Shown here: positions 9,285 to 18,578 of the stretch, one piece after another
Numbering within the stretch: position 1 is the first letter of the stretch
How the letters are laid out: each line of letters begins with the position of its first letter
From: Bacteroidia bacterium
GTDB lineage: Bacteria > Bacteroidota > Bacteroidia > UKL13-3
Direction: 5' to 3'
Assembly (NCBI GenBank): GCA_021740845.1
Contig: JAIOYZ010000005.1
Coordinates: 3,693 to 67,692 of the forward strand
Length of the DNA: 64,000 nucleotides
Notes under the pieces: model-generated
Database searches by the model: none
Seen by the model: only the letters and a program-made list of their open reading frames with translations
Told to the model about the DNA's origin: nothing
Program-made: the position numbers and the translations under genes

Positions 9285-9363
9285 AAGCAGCTTACTTTAT
9301 TCCCAAAAGGATGTGACCTTTTCAAAACTTGGTTTCAGTCAATTTCGTTTTGAACCGAGACAT
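9285..9363. repeat. mosaic intergenic repeat, module B plus truncated module A
   Basis: Near-identical to 8040-8118. Confidence 0.75.
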
Positions 9364-9511
9364 CTTTAAGAAACGCTCAATAAACTAGCAAAATAGCGTC
9401 ATGGCAAATTGCCTTTACTTCCAAAATTTTGGTTCAAACCAAACCTTAATATTGCTTGGTATTTCTAAAATTTTCTAAATACCATTTTTTGGTTCAAACC
9501 GAACCCAAGAC

Positions 9512-10093
9512 TTATTTATTGCTGCGCAACTTGGCTCTTACTTTACTTAGAAACTCAGGCGAAATACCCAAATAAGCCGCTATTAAATGTTGTGGAACAC
9601 GCTGAGGAATACTTGGATATTTACTTATAAACTCCAAATAACGCTCTTCTGCTGGCTTTGAAATATTGCCTATCAAACGGTTCATAAGCGACTCTAAACT
9701 CTTTTGAACCAATATGCGGAAATACCTTTCAAAAACGGGATATTTAGTTAGCAATTGTGCCTTAGAATTAAATCCTAGAAATAGGAATTCGCAATCTTCA
9801 ATGGCCTGAATAAATAGCTGAGATGGCTTTTGTTCGGTAAAACTTCCAATATCACTTACCCACCAATCTTCTTCTGGAAACGCCAAATCTACCTCAAATC
9901 CTTTCTCATTTAAATAATAAATACGGGCAATGCCTTTAACTAAATATGCTTCAAAAAGGCAAACTTCACCTGCTTGCAATAAGAACTCTTTTTTCTTAAT
10001 TTTCTTAGGAACTAAAACACTATGAAGAAAATCTATTTCCTCTTGGTTAAAGGCAATTCGCTTGGCAATATTTTTATCTAATTCCTGAAACAA
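9512..10093 (-). CDS. Crp/Fnr family transcriptional regulator
   Basis: cNMP-binding beta-roll followed by a C-terminal HTH, IAAYLGISPEFLSKVR. Confidence 0.8.
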   Translation of the reverse strand: MFQELDKNIAKRIAFNQEEIDFLHSVLVPKKIKKKEFLLQAGEVCLFEAYLVKGIARIYYLNEKGFEVDLAFPEEDWWVSDIGSFTEQKPSQLFIQAIEDCEFLFLGFNSKAQLLTKYPVFERYFRILVQKSLESLMNRLIGNISKPAEERYLEFISKYPSIPQRVPQHLIAAYLGISPEFLSKVRAKLRSNK

Positions 10094-10096
10094 ATT

Positions 10097-10813
10097 CTAT
10101 TTTTTGAGCTTCTTTTTTGGAGTACTTGTTTTTAATTGAATTACATCCACTAAAAATGCAAAGGCCATTGAGAAATAAATATATCCTTTTGGGATATGAA
10201 AATCCAAACCTTCTGCCATCAATGAAATTCCAATAACAATTAAAAAACATAAGGCCAATATTTTAAATGAAGGATGCTTTTGAATAAAGTTACTAATGGC
10301 GCCAGAAGCCATTAACATGATGCCTACCGAGATAATTACCGCAGCATACATAATATAAAGATTATCTACCATACCCACCGCAGTTACAATAGAATCAATA
10401 GAAAACACTACGTCTAAAACCAAAATTTGGATCAACAATTCTTTAAATGTATTGGCTTTTCCTTTGGCTAAATTTTCTTCCTCTTCGCCCTCGTGCTCGG
10501 TTTTTAAATAAATCTCTTTGGTACTTTTATACATCAAAAACAAACCACCCGAAATAAGTATTAAATCCTTGCCCGAAATATCAATATCTTGAACACTAAA
10601 AAGTGTATTCTCGAGTTTCATGATATAAGAAATAATGGTAAGCAAGAACAAACGAATAACCATTGCCAAACCAATACCCGTTTTCCTTAATTTGTCTCTT
10701 TGCTCGGCTGGGAGTTTTTGAGTAAGAATGGAAATAAAAATAATATTGTCAATCCCCAAAATCACCTCAAGTGAAATAAGGGTAAAAAGGGCAATTAATA
10801 AATCGCTAGTCAT
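10097..10813 (-). CDS. TerC family membrane protein
   Basis: GIDNIIF motif with multi-pass TM character. Confidence 0.75.
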   Translation of the reverse strand: MTSDLLIALFTLISLEVILGIDNIIFISILTQKLPAEQRDKLRKTGIGLAMVIRLFLLTIISYIMKLENTLFSVQDIDISGKDLILISGGLFLMYKSTKEIYLKTEHEGEEEENLAKGKANTFKELLIQILVLDVVFSIDSIVTAVGMVDNLYIMYAAVIISVGIMLMASGAISNFIQKHPSFKILALCFLIVIGISLMAEGLDFHIPKGYIYFSMAFAFLVDVIQLKTSTPKKKLKK

Positions 10814-10883
10814 GTTATTTAGTTTAAAACCTTAGGTTTTCAATGATACGAGAAAAAGGAATGGATTTCCAAATTCTTTGTTA

Positions 10884-12224
10884 TTATTTTAGAAAATCTC
10901 GGTACCAAAAGCCAGAGTCTTTAATAATTCTTTCTTGAGTTAAATAATCAATGTAAATCAAGCCAAAACGCTGCTCATAACCTTCTGCCCATTCAAAATT
11001 ATCGGTGAGCGACCAAACAAAATAACCTTTAATTTTATGGTTTTCTTCTAATGCTTTGTGCACATTATCAAGATGGGATTTTAGGTAGTGTACACGCTCC
11101 AAATCGTGCACCCTTCCGTTTATGGGTTCGTCGTAAAATGAAGCCCCATTTTCTGTTATTATTACAGATTTCACTCCTTCATAAGAAGAAAAATGCTTTA
11201 TCATTTCGTAAATGGAATTGGGATAAACTTCCCATTCCATGCGAGTATGATGTACTTTTCTTTTTTTTGCAGGAATTAATTTTGCGCGCAAATAAGGAGT
11301 AAAAAAGCTATTGCTCACCACCTCTCTTGTATAAACTTGTACGCCAATAAAATCAAAGTCTGCTTTAAGATTTTCTTTATCGCCAGGTAAGATGTATTTG
11401 TTCATCTTTTTAAGCGTTGGCAAATCGTTAATTGGGTATCCCAAGCCCAAACTTGGTTCAATAAAAAACCTATTTAAAAGGGCATCCATTCTTTTGGCAG
11501 CCCTTACATGACTAGGAGAATAATCTACCGGTGTTACCTGCGTACAACTAAATGTGGTGCCAACAATGGCGCTGGGTTGTAGTTTTTTAATAGTTCTAAA
11601 ACCTATAGCTTGGCAAAGCGCAGCGTGATGAGCAGCCTTTAAAAAATTACCAATTCCTTTTTTGCCGGGCGCGTGTAACCCTGCAAAATATCCTGCACCT
11701 GTAAAAACTAAGGGTTCATTTAAAACCATCCAATGTCTCACCTTTCCACCAAAAGCCTTGATGCAAACCTCAACATATTCTTCAAACCAAGTGAGAATTT
11801 CTCTGTTTGTCCAACCGCCTTTTTTCTCTAATAGCAAAGGTAAATCCCAATGGTAAAGCGTAATCCAAGGTTCAATTCCATTTGCCAAACAATGGTCGAT
11901 TACTTGGTGGTAAAAATCAATGCCATCTTGGTTTATCCTTCCAATTCCATCTGGCAAAATGCGCGGCCAAGATAAGGAGAATCGAAAATTTGGAATGCCC
12001 ATTTCTTTTATTAGGGCAATATCCTCTCTAAATTGGTGGTAAAAATTTGCAGCTACATAATGATTCTGTTTGCCTTTTATCTGGTTTTTATCTGCAAACT
12101 CATCCCATATAGATGGACCTTTACCATTAACATTATGTGCACCCTCTGTTTGCAAGGCAGAAGCAGAAACACCCCAAGCAAACTCTTCCCCAAAATCTTT
12201 TGCTTTTAATCGCTTATTTTCCAT
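10884..12224 (-). CDS. glycoside hydrolase family 1 beta-glucosidase
   Basis: GH1 catalytic signatures LNEP and ITENG. Length is 446 aa. Confidence 0.85.
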   Translation of the reverse strand: MENKRLKAKDFGEEFAWGVSASALQTEGAHNVNGKGPSIWDEFADKNQIKGKQNHYVAANFYHQFREDIALIKEMGIPNFRFSLSWPRILPDGIGRINQDGIDFYHQVIDHCLANGIEPWITLYHWDLPLLLEKKGGWTNREILTWFEEYVEVCIKAFGGKVRHWMVLNEPLVFTGAGYFAGLHAPGKKGIGNFLKAAHHAALCQAIGFRTIKKLQPSAIVGTTFSCTQVTPVDYSPSHVRAAKRMDALLNRFFIEPSLGLGYPINDLPTLKKMNKYILPGDKENLKADFDFIGVQVYTREVVSNSFFTPYLRAKLIPAKKRKVHHTRMEWEVYPNSIYEMIKHFSSYEGVKSVIITENGASFYDEPINGRVHDLERVHYLKSHLDNVHKALEENHKIKGYFVWSLTDNFEWAEGYEQRFGLIYIDYLTQERIIKDSGFWYRDFLK

Positions 12225-12244
12225 TTTTCGGTTTGAACCAAGCC

Positions 12245-13294
12245 TTATAAATTACCAAAGATTTTAGTCATTAATTTTGGGGATTTCTCCACCCTGTTGC
12301 TATTTTGATGTCCGTGATTACGAACAATTAGTTCAACTATTTCAGCAGCATTATCTGGATAATCAACTTTTATATCATCGCCCGTTTTGAACCAAAGTCC
12401 TAATTTTTCGCTATTCTTTTTATTCAATTTTTTGATAACAGTTACCTCCATGCTTTTTAACATGGCTGCATTGCATTGTTGCTCAAATTGAGTTTTCATG
12501 GGAATTACCAATAGCTTTTTACCCATGTACAAAGCCTCGCTGGTAGTACCAAAACCGGCATTGCAAATTACCCCTGCAGAATTGGCCATGCTTTTTAAAA
12601 ACGCATCTTTTTCTATTGGACTAATTTCAATATTATCTTTAACATACCTTTTCTTGCTATGCTTAGAAAAAACCTGAAAAGGAATCGATGGAAAACGACG
12701 TAGGTTTTTAATAATTTTCTCATCCGAGTAGGAAGGCAAATACACCGTATAATGCCCTAGGTTCAAAACGGAATGTTCTCTTACTTCTTTTCTAATTATG
12801 GGAGTAAATATGTGTTGATCCAAAGATTTAAAATGGAAACCATAAGCGTAGGTTACGGGAGCATAATGCAATAAAACCATTTTACCCAAAACATCATTTT
12901 TCTTGGGCATAGGCGCAAGTGGATGGAGTGTTGCCATTTGATTGCTTAAGCCAATGCAAACTCTATTTTGTTTTAAAGCTGCCCATGCAGAAACAGGCTC
13001 AAAATCGGATATGATTAAATCGTAATTTTGGATTGGTAAATTCTTTATTTCCTTGAGTAATTTCAAGGATTTCATTTTCCAATAAGTTTTCCAAACATCT
13101 ACTCCCCCATTTTTGCCAAACACAAAAGACAATCCGTTAAAGCGATATTTTACCTTTAAGGGAATTTCCAAATCAGCCTGAATTCCACTAACCAAAATAT
13201 CCACTTCTCCATACTTTTGAAAATGTGGAATTAGCTCAATTGCTCGTGTTATATGCCCATTTCCAGTTCCTTGAACAGCGTATAAAATTTTCAT
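12245..13294 (-). CDS. GT-B glycosyltransferase (MurG/MGT-like, TIGR00661-like)
   Basis: N-terminal GTGNGHITRA motif. Length is 349 aa. Confidence 0.55.
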   Translation of the reverse strand: MKILYAVQGTGNGHITRAIELIPHFQKYGEVDILVSGIQADLEIPLKVKYRFNGLSFVFGKNGGVDVWKTYWKMKSLKLLKEIKNLPIQNYDLIISDFEPVSAWAALKQNRVCIGLSNQMATLHPLAPMPKKNDVLGKMVLLHYAPVTYAYGFHFKSLDQHIFTPIIRKEVREHSVLNLGHYTVYLPSYSDEKIIKNLRRFPSIPFQVFSKHSKKRYVKDNIEISPIEKDAFLKSMANSAGVICNAGFGTTSEALYMGKKLLVIPMKTQFEQQCNAAMLKSMEVTVIKKLNKKNSEKLGLWFKTGDDIKVDYPDNAAEIVELIVRNHGHQNSNRVEKSPKLMTKIFGNL

Positions 13295-13299
13295 TAGTC

Positions 13300-14157
13300 T
13301 TATTTAATTTTAGCTGGAACTAAAAACTCGGATAGCATTTGGTCGAATATTTTGTCATTGCTCATTTCCACCAATTCATCCTCTTCTTCCAAAACCTCTT
13401 CCTCTTCAAAATCGCTTTCATCGTATCGATATAGTGACCATTTGCCATCATTGTATTCTAATGCGGTTAAATTTTCAATCCAATCTCCAGAGTTTAAATA
13501 CTCCACCGAACCCTTTTCTGTACTAATGGTTTTCATTTCTGGCTGGTGAATATGTCCACATAAAACGTAATCAAAACCGTTGGCAATGGCAATATCTGCA
13601 GTAATCTTCTCAAAATCGTTGATAAACTTTACGGCTTGCTTTACTCCATTTTTAATATTCTTTGAAAGCGAAATTTTTCCTTTTCCCATTTTCTCAGAAA
13701 TCCAATTAACAAAGGCATTGATTAATATTAGCAAATCGTATCCATGAGAACCCAAGCGGGTAAGCCATTTAGAATGCTTCATGGTAACATCAAATACATC
13801 ACCATGAAAAATCCAGGTTTTCTTGCCATCCAATTCGAGCACCAATTTATTTTCAATAGACAAGGTTCCCATTTTAAAACCAGCAAATTTTCTAAGTAGC
13901 TCGTCGTGGTTTCCGGTAATATAATACACCTTAACACCTTGGCTCACCCATTTAATGATTTTGTGAATTACGCGCATGTGAGATTTGGGCCAAAAACGTT
14001 TGCTAAATTGCCACATATCAATAATATCGCCATTAAGCACAATGGTTTTGGGTTTTATTGAACCTAGGTATTTGAGTAAAGATTTGCTCTGGCAACCATA
14101 GGTTCCGAGGTGAATATCAGAAATCACCAAAACATCTATTTTCCGCTTTTTAGACAT
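13300..14157 (-). CDS. UDP-2,3-diacylglucosamine diphosphatase-like metallophosphoesterase (LpxH family)
   Basis: DIHLG, GDIID and GNHD motifs. Confidence 0.7.
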   Translation of the reverse strand: MSKKRKIDVLVISDIHLGTYGCQSKSLLKYLGSIKPKTIVLNGDIIDMWQFSKRFWPKSHMRVIHKIIKWVSQGVKVYYITGNHDELLRKFAGFKMGTLSIENKLVLELDGKKTWIFHGDVFDVTMKHSKWLTRLGSHGYDLLILINAFVNWISEKMGKGKISLSKNIKNGVKQAVKFINDFEKITADIAIANGFDYVLCGHIHQPEMKTISTEKGSVEYLNSGDWIENLTALEYNDGKWSLYRYDESDFEEEEVLEEEDELVEMSNDKIFDQMLSEFLVPAKIK

Positions 14158-14468
14158 AATTTTTCCTAGTATTGAAATAAGTTTGAGTAAGAATTGCTAG
14201 TTGAAATTTTGAGGGCTCAAAAGGATTGGCAATTTTTGCCAGCAAGAATGTTTCGAAAAAGAAACGTTTACAGTTTACCTTCAAGGAATAAGTTTTATAC
14301 AAAACAAAGGTTTAAACACTACGCCAATGTTAGCAAAATATAAAATTAATATTAACAAAATCATGCAAAGGCGCATGAGAATTGAGAGCTTAGAAAAGGT
14401 TGAATAAAAAATTTCGGATTGAAAATCAGGAATTAAGTAGGCCAAAGCATTTTTTTTATAAAAAGATA

Positions 14469-14498
14469 TTGCTTAGAAAAGTATCCTGCATATATTTG
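14469..14498 (+). promoter_or_regulatory. Bacteroidota sigma-A type promoter (TTG N19 TAnnTTTG) for the tRNA-Gly/tRNA-Leu unit
   Basis: TTG at 14469 and TATATTTG at 14491-14498, about 50 bp upstream of tRNA-Gly. Confidence 0.45.
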
Positions 14499-14548
14499 CA
14501 CTCCCCAAACGGGAATATCCAAAGCGACGCAAGTCATGAGGGTAATAA

Positions 14549-14624
14549 GCGAGAGTAGCTCAGTTGGTAGAGCGCAACCTTGCCAAGGTTGAGGTCGCGG
14601 GTTCGAGCCTCGTCTCTTGCTCCA
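14549..14624 (+). tRNA. tRNA-Gly (GCC)
   Basis: Cloverleaf read by eye. Acceptor GCGAGAG/CTCTTGC, anticodon loop TTGCCAA, T-loop GGTTCGAGC, encoded CCA. Confidence 0.9.
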
Positions 14625-14683
14625 AATAAAAAAGTTATAGGAATCGCCTATAACTTTTTTATTTTAATGTTCTTAAGATAATC

Positions 14684-14771
14684 GCTCGGGTGGTGGAATT
14701 GGTAGACACGCAGGACTTAAAATCCTGTGTCCTTTAAAGACGTGCGGGTTCAAGTCCCGCCCCGAGTACCA
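14684..14771 (+). tRNA. tRNA-Leu (TAA)
   Basis: Anticodon loop CTTAAAA, long variable arm, T-arm GCGGGTTCAAGTCCCGC, encoded CCA. Confidence 0.9.
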
Positions 14772-14774
14772 AAG

Positions 14775-14806
14775 GCCTGCAAACATTGTTTGTGGGCTTT
14801 TTTTTT
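14775..14806 (+). terminator. rho-independent terminator after tRNA-Leu
   Basis: Hairpin gcctgcaaaca..tgtttgtgggc followed by T8. Confidence 0.7.
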
Positions 14807-15021
14807 GCGGCGAAAATTTTTGGTCTTTGGGTGTTGGTCTTTAGTCTTTGGTAGAATTGCTTAGGTGAATGTTTTGGATCAAACCTAAAAGTTGTGGGGA
14901 AGAAATAAAAAGTTGACTTTTGGAGGGAATAAAAAACTTTATGCACGAACTTTTAACCTTCTCCTTTAATAATATTACCAGAATCAATTGAAGAATATTT
15001 TGAAGTAAGCAAAGTCAATAA

Positions 15022-15410
15022 GGAAGGCTAGGTTATCCTATTTATCTAAAGGAGTTAAATAAGATCCCAAGCGAATACGCGTCAAATAAGCTGACATCAA
15101 AAGAATTTTTTGATGAGACAACCATTCAAGATTTTCCTATTCGTGGTTTTAATGTATTGCTACATGTTGCACGTAGACGTTGGATAAATGAAGATACAGG
15201 TCAAGTAGTTTATAGAGATTGGGATCTAGTTGCAAAGGGCACGCGAATCACGAAAGATTTTGCGGCTTTTTTAAAAGAATTCCGCCGATACACAGGCTTA
15301 TAGTCTTCAAACCATCGCATCGTTTTATGGAGTTGATGGAAAGAAATTGCAACTGCAATATCGCAATAAACTTAATCCAATTGATCTGATCAAACTGGAA
15401 TTTCTTTTAA
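15022..15410 (+). pseudogene. frameshifted or truncated ISL3-like transposase N-terminal remnant
   Basis: Open frame without a start codon: ...DFPIRGFNVLLHVARRRWINEDTGQVVYRDWDLVAKGTRITKDFAAFLKE. A TAG stop is followed by continuation in another frame, QTIASFYGVDGKK. This resembles the ISL3 N-terminal HTH region. Family assignment is tentative. Confidence 0.35.
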
Positions 15411-15436
15411 AACAAAAAAGCCGCTATATGCGGCTT
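15408..15436 (-). terminator. hairpin terminator downstream of tRNA-Lys
   Basis: Hairpin aagccgctatatgcggctt with a U-run on the minus strand. Confidence 0.6.
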
Positions 15437-15448
15437 CTTTGTTTTTTG

Positions 15449-15521
15449 TGATCCCGCTGGGATTCGAACCCAGGACCCCTACATTAAAAGTGTAATGCTC
15501 TACCAGCTGAGCTACGGAATC
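15449..15521 (-). tRNA. tRNA-Lys (TTT)
   Basis: Reverse complement gives GATTCCGTAGCTCAGCTGGTAGAGCA...CTTTTAA...GGTTCGAATCC...CGGGATCA. Confidence 0.85.
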
Positions 15522-15642
15522 ATCACTGTGTTACCAACTGTAACGGGGTGCAAAGATATGTTTCTTCACCTTTCTCCCAAACCTTTTTTCAATTATTTTT
15601 CATTCATTCTTTACTTGTCTGAAAACCAAGAGAAATAATTTT

Positions 15643-16383
15643 TTAATTCTCTTTAAAAATCATCCTTTCTCCAAAACTTTCTGCCAATTCATCCAAGGTG
15701 GTGGCTTGTTCCAAGCTAAACTCTCCAATCTTCGTTCTACATAAACTTTCTAAATAAGCTCCATTATTTAGTAGTTTTCCAAAATCTCTGGCCAAAGAAC
15801 GAATATATGTACCCTTGCTGCACACAATTTCAAATCCAACTAAAGGTAATTCTATTTCAGTTATGCGAAACGATTCAACAAAAACCTTCCTAGATTCCAT
15901 CTTTATCTCCACTCCTTCTCTTGCTGAAACATAAGCACGCTTACCATCTTTTTTTATAGCAGAGAAAATCGGTGGAATTTGATCTAATGCTCCTGTTAAT
16001 TGTTGGGCTGCATCAGCAATTGCATCAACTGTAATGCCTTCAATTGAAAAAGTTTGATCTTCTGCTGTCTCTTTATCAAAACTCGGTGTAGTGGCTCCCA
16101 ATCTAAATTGTCCTGTATAGGTTTTTGTCCAACCCATATATTTTTCAATATTCTTGGTTTCTTTTCCTACACAGACTATTAATAAGCCCGTAGCCAAGGG
16201 ATCTAAAGTTCCGGCATGACCAACCTTAACTTTTTTCTTTTTGGCCTCAGGGCCTTTAATTTCTCTATGAATTTTGCGAATGATTAATCGCTGAATTTTC
16301 TTTGTAACATCAAAGCTTGTCCAATTGTAGGGTTTATATACCCTTAAAACAGAACCTGTTTCTAGATCTAATAAACTACTCAC
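15643..16383 (-). CDS. truB: tRNA pseudouridine(55) synthase
   Basis: GHAGTLDPLATGLL catalytic motif. Confidence 0.9.
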   Translation of the reverse strand: MSSLLDLETGSVLRVYKPYNWTSFDVTKKIQRLIIRKIHREIKGPEAKKKKVKVGHAGTLDPLATGLLIVCVGKETKNIEKYMGWTKTYTGQFRLGATTPSFDKETAEDQTFSIEGITVDAIADAAQQLTGALDQIPPIFSAIKKDGKRAYVSAREGVEIKMESRKVFVESFRITEIELPLVGFEIVCSKGTYIRSLARDFGKLLNNGAYLESLCRTKIGEFSLEQATTLDELAESFGERMIFKEN

Positions 16384-16392
16384 AGACTAAAA

Positions 16393-17190
16393 TTAAACCA
16401 TTTGAAGGTTATAGCCCATGAAATAAAGAACCAAGATTATTGTTCCTAAAACAATTCTGTACCAACCAAACATTTTAAATCCATTTTTAGTTAAATAGGC
16501 TATAAATCCTTTAATGGCAATTAGGGCAACAATAAATGCTACAACATTTCCAACCAGCAAAAGCAAAAGATTATTATTATTGGCTGTCTCAAATCCACCT
16601 GCTAAATAAAACTTTAACATTTTATAAGCTGTTGCAGCAAACATGGTTGGAACAGCTAAAAAGAATGAAAACTCTGCAGCAGCTTTACGAGTTAACTTTT
16701 GGGTTAAACCGCCAATTATTGTAGCAGCAGAGCGAGAAACACCCGGTACCATGGCAATAACTTGGAATAAACCAATTGTCAATGCTTTTTGATAGGTAAT
16801 ATCATCGTTACCGCTTTCTTTGTTTTCAAACCATTTGTCTACAAAAAGTAATATGAAACCACCTAATAATAAAGTAACTGCAACTACAATTACATTTTCA
16901 AGTAATGCATCTATATAATCATTTAAGAGAAAACCTAAAATTGCAGCAGGAATAAATGCCACAATTAGTTTGAAATAAAAATCCAAACTTTGTAAAAATC
17001 GTTTCCAATACAAGACTATTACAGACAAAATAGCGCCAAATTGAATGGCAACAGTAAACATTTTCACAAAATCATCCGCTGCAATTCCCATAACTGAGGA
17101 AGCAATAATCATGTGTCCAGTTGAAGAAACTGGCAAATATTCTGTTATACCCTCAACAATAGCAAGGATAATGGCTTGAAGGAAATCCAT
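16393..17190 (-). CDS. uppP: undecaprenyl-diphosphatase
   Basis: BacA signature [10 protein letters not shown] with multi-TM character. Confidence 0.9.
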   Translation of the reverse strand: MDFLQAIILAIVEGITEYLPVSSTGHMIIASSVMGIAADDFVKMFTVAIQFGAILSVIVLYWKRFLQSLDFYFKLIVAFIPAAILGFLLNDYIDALLENVIVVAVTLLLGGFILLFVDKWFENKESGNDDITYQKALTIGLFQVIAMVPGVSRSAATIIGGLTQKLTRKAAAEFSFFLAVPTMFAATAYKMLKFYLAGGFETANNNNLLLLLVGNVVAFIVALIAIKGFIAYLTKNGFKMFGWYRIVLGTIILVLYFMGYNLQMV

Positions 17191-17221
17191 AGGTTTTTAG
17201 GATTTAGTTAAAAAAGAGGAA

Positions 17222-17458
17222 TTAATCTTTCGGTTTGCGCATTATGGCAATAATCTCAATCACAAAGCCAACTAATACCACTATCGGTGCCAAAGTTAAT
17301 TTGCGAAAATCGAAGATATCTTCTTTACCAACCATTAATGCAAAGCCAGTAAAAATTACGGCAATACCAATAATCATTAGGGTATAGTTTTCTTTACCGA
17401 ATACGAAATCCTTTTCTGCGCCTTCCGCTTTTTTTGCGCTGATTTTTTCTTTACTCAT
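17222..17458 (-). CDS. DUF3098-like small membrane protein
   Basis: 78 aa with one to two TM helices. Found in the ftsX-DUF3098-uppP-truB arrangement typical of Bacteroidota. Confidence 0.5.
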   Translation of the reverse strand: MSKEKISAKKAEGAEKDFVFGKENYTLMIIGIAVIFTGFALMVGKEDIFDFRKLTLAPIVVLVGFVIEIIAIMRKPKD

Positions 17459-17535
17459 GGGTGCAATATGCTATTTATGTGTTAATAATCCAAGCTCTTT
17501 TGCTCACTCGTTTTCAACCAATATTGAAATACAAA

Positions 17536-18399
17536 TTAATACAAATCTTCCAAACGGGTTCTTAGGTATTTTCGTGTGCTTAAAAAGCTGCTAGCCAAAC
17601 TTATTAATAATCCTATTGAAAACAGGGCTCCATAAAGAATTATTAACATATTTCCATGGTCAAAATCCTTCCATTCTGGAATCCACATAGGAATAGTTTG
17701 GTTTATAGAAATTAACATTAACCAGGCAATTGCCCAACCCCAAACTCCATTTTTAATAGATTGCCAAATAAACGGTTTAGTTATGAACCAATTAGTTGCT
17801 CCCACTAATTGCATGCTTTTGATTATAAAACGTTGCGCATATAAATTAAGCTTTACGGTATTATGAATAAGAACAATAGCAATAATTCCAAAAATTCCAG
17901 CCAATATCATAAATACAAAACCAATGGTTTGAGCATTTTTCTGGGCTTGCTCAAAAGTATTTCTTTGAAAATTTATTTCGTTTACTTTATCAATACCTTT
18001 TAAATATTTTTCAACTCCGTCTAAAGCAGAAGATTCATTAAAATTAGCTTTTACCTTTAATTGGTAAGAACCCATTAAAGGATTATACCCTAAAAAGCTT
18101 ACAAAGTCCTGGCCCAATTCGTTGCTAAAATCTGTTGCAGCTTGGTCTTTAGAAATATATTTAATGCTTTTAGTGAAATCTTGTGATTGCAGTTGAGTTA
18201 AAATTTTTGAGGCATCCTCATCACTTACATCTGGTTGTAAAAAAACATTTATTACCATATTTTCTTTCAAATAGGTTTCCATGTGTTTGCTTGCAATTAC
18301 CAAAAATCCAAAAAGACCTAATAGCAATAATACCATTGAGATACTCAAAATTGCTGATAGGTAACTGAATTTCTTTTTGCGTTTTATAGGTTCATTCAT
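17536..18399 (-). CDS. ftsX: cell division protein FtsX-like permease
   Basis: N-terminal TM, periplasmic domain, three C-terminal TMs. Confidence 0.75.
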   Translation of the reverse strand: MNEPIKRKKKFSYLSAILSISMVLLLLGLFGFLVIASKHMETYLKENMVINVFLQPDVSDEDASKILTQLQSQDFTKSIKYISKDQAATDFSNELGQDFVSFLGYNPLMGSYQLKVKANFNESSALDGVEKYLKGIDKVNEINFQRNTFEQAQKNAQTIGFVFMILAGIFGIIAIVLIHNTVKLNLYAQRFIIKSMQLVGATNWFITKPFIWQSIKNGVWGWAIAWLMLISINQTIPMWIPEWKDFDHGNMLIILYGALFSIGLLISLASSFLSTRKYLRTRLEDLY

Positions 18400-18578
18400 G
18401 CGCCTTAACTTTAATGAACAAAAATAGAAAGGAATTTGGCGGCAGCAAGATTATTTAAACCACAACTTTGGAAAAGCTTGCCTTGCCGTCTATTTTTGCG
18501 GACTATTGAAAATTTGGGAATTGGTAAAATAACCTATTTTCGCAACACATTGAACCTAATAACAGCTATTTTAAAGGC

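Noticed and set aside
9431-9500. GGTTCAAACC copies as rho-independent terminators of crp/fnr
   Set aside because: The palindrome has no loop (at most a 6-bp stem with a 4-nt loop). The T-runs are upstream rather than downstream on the transcribed strand.
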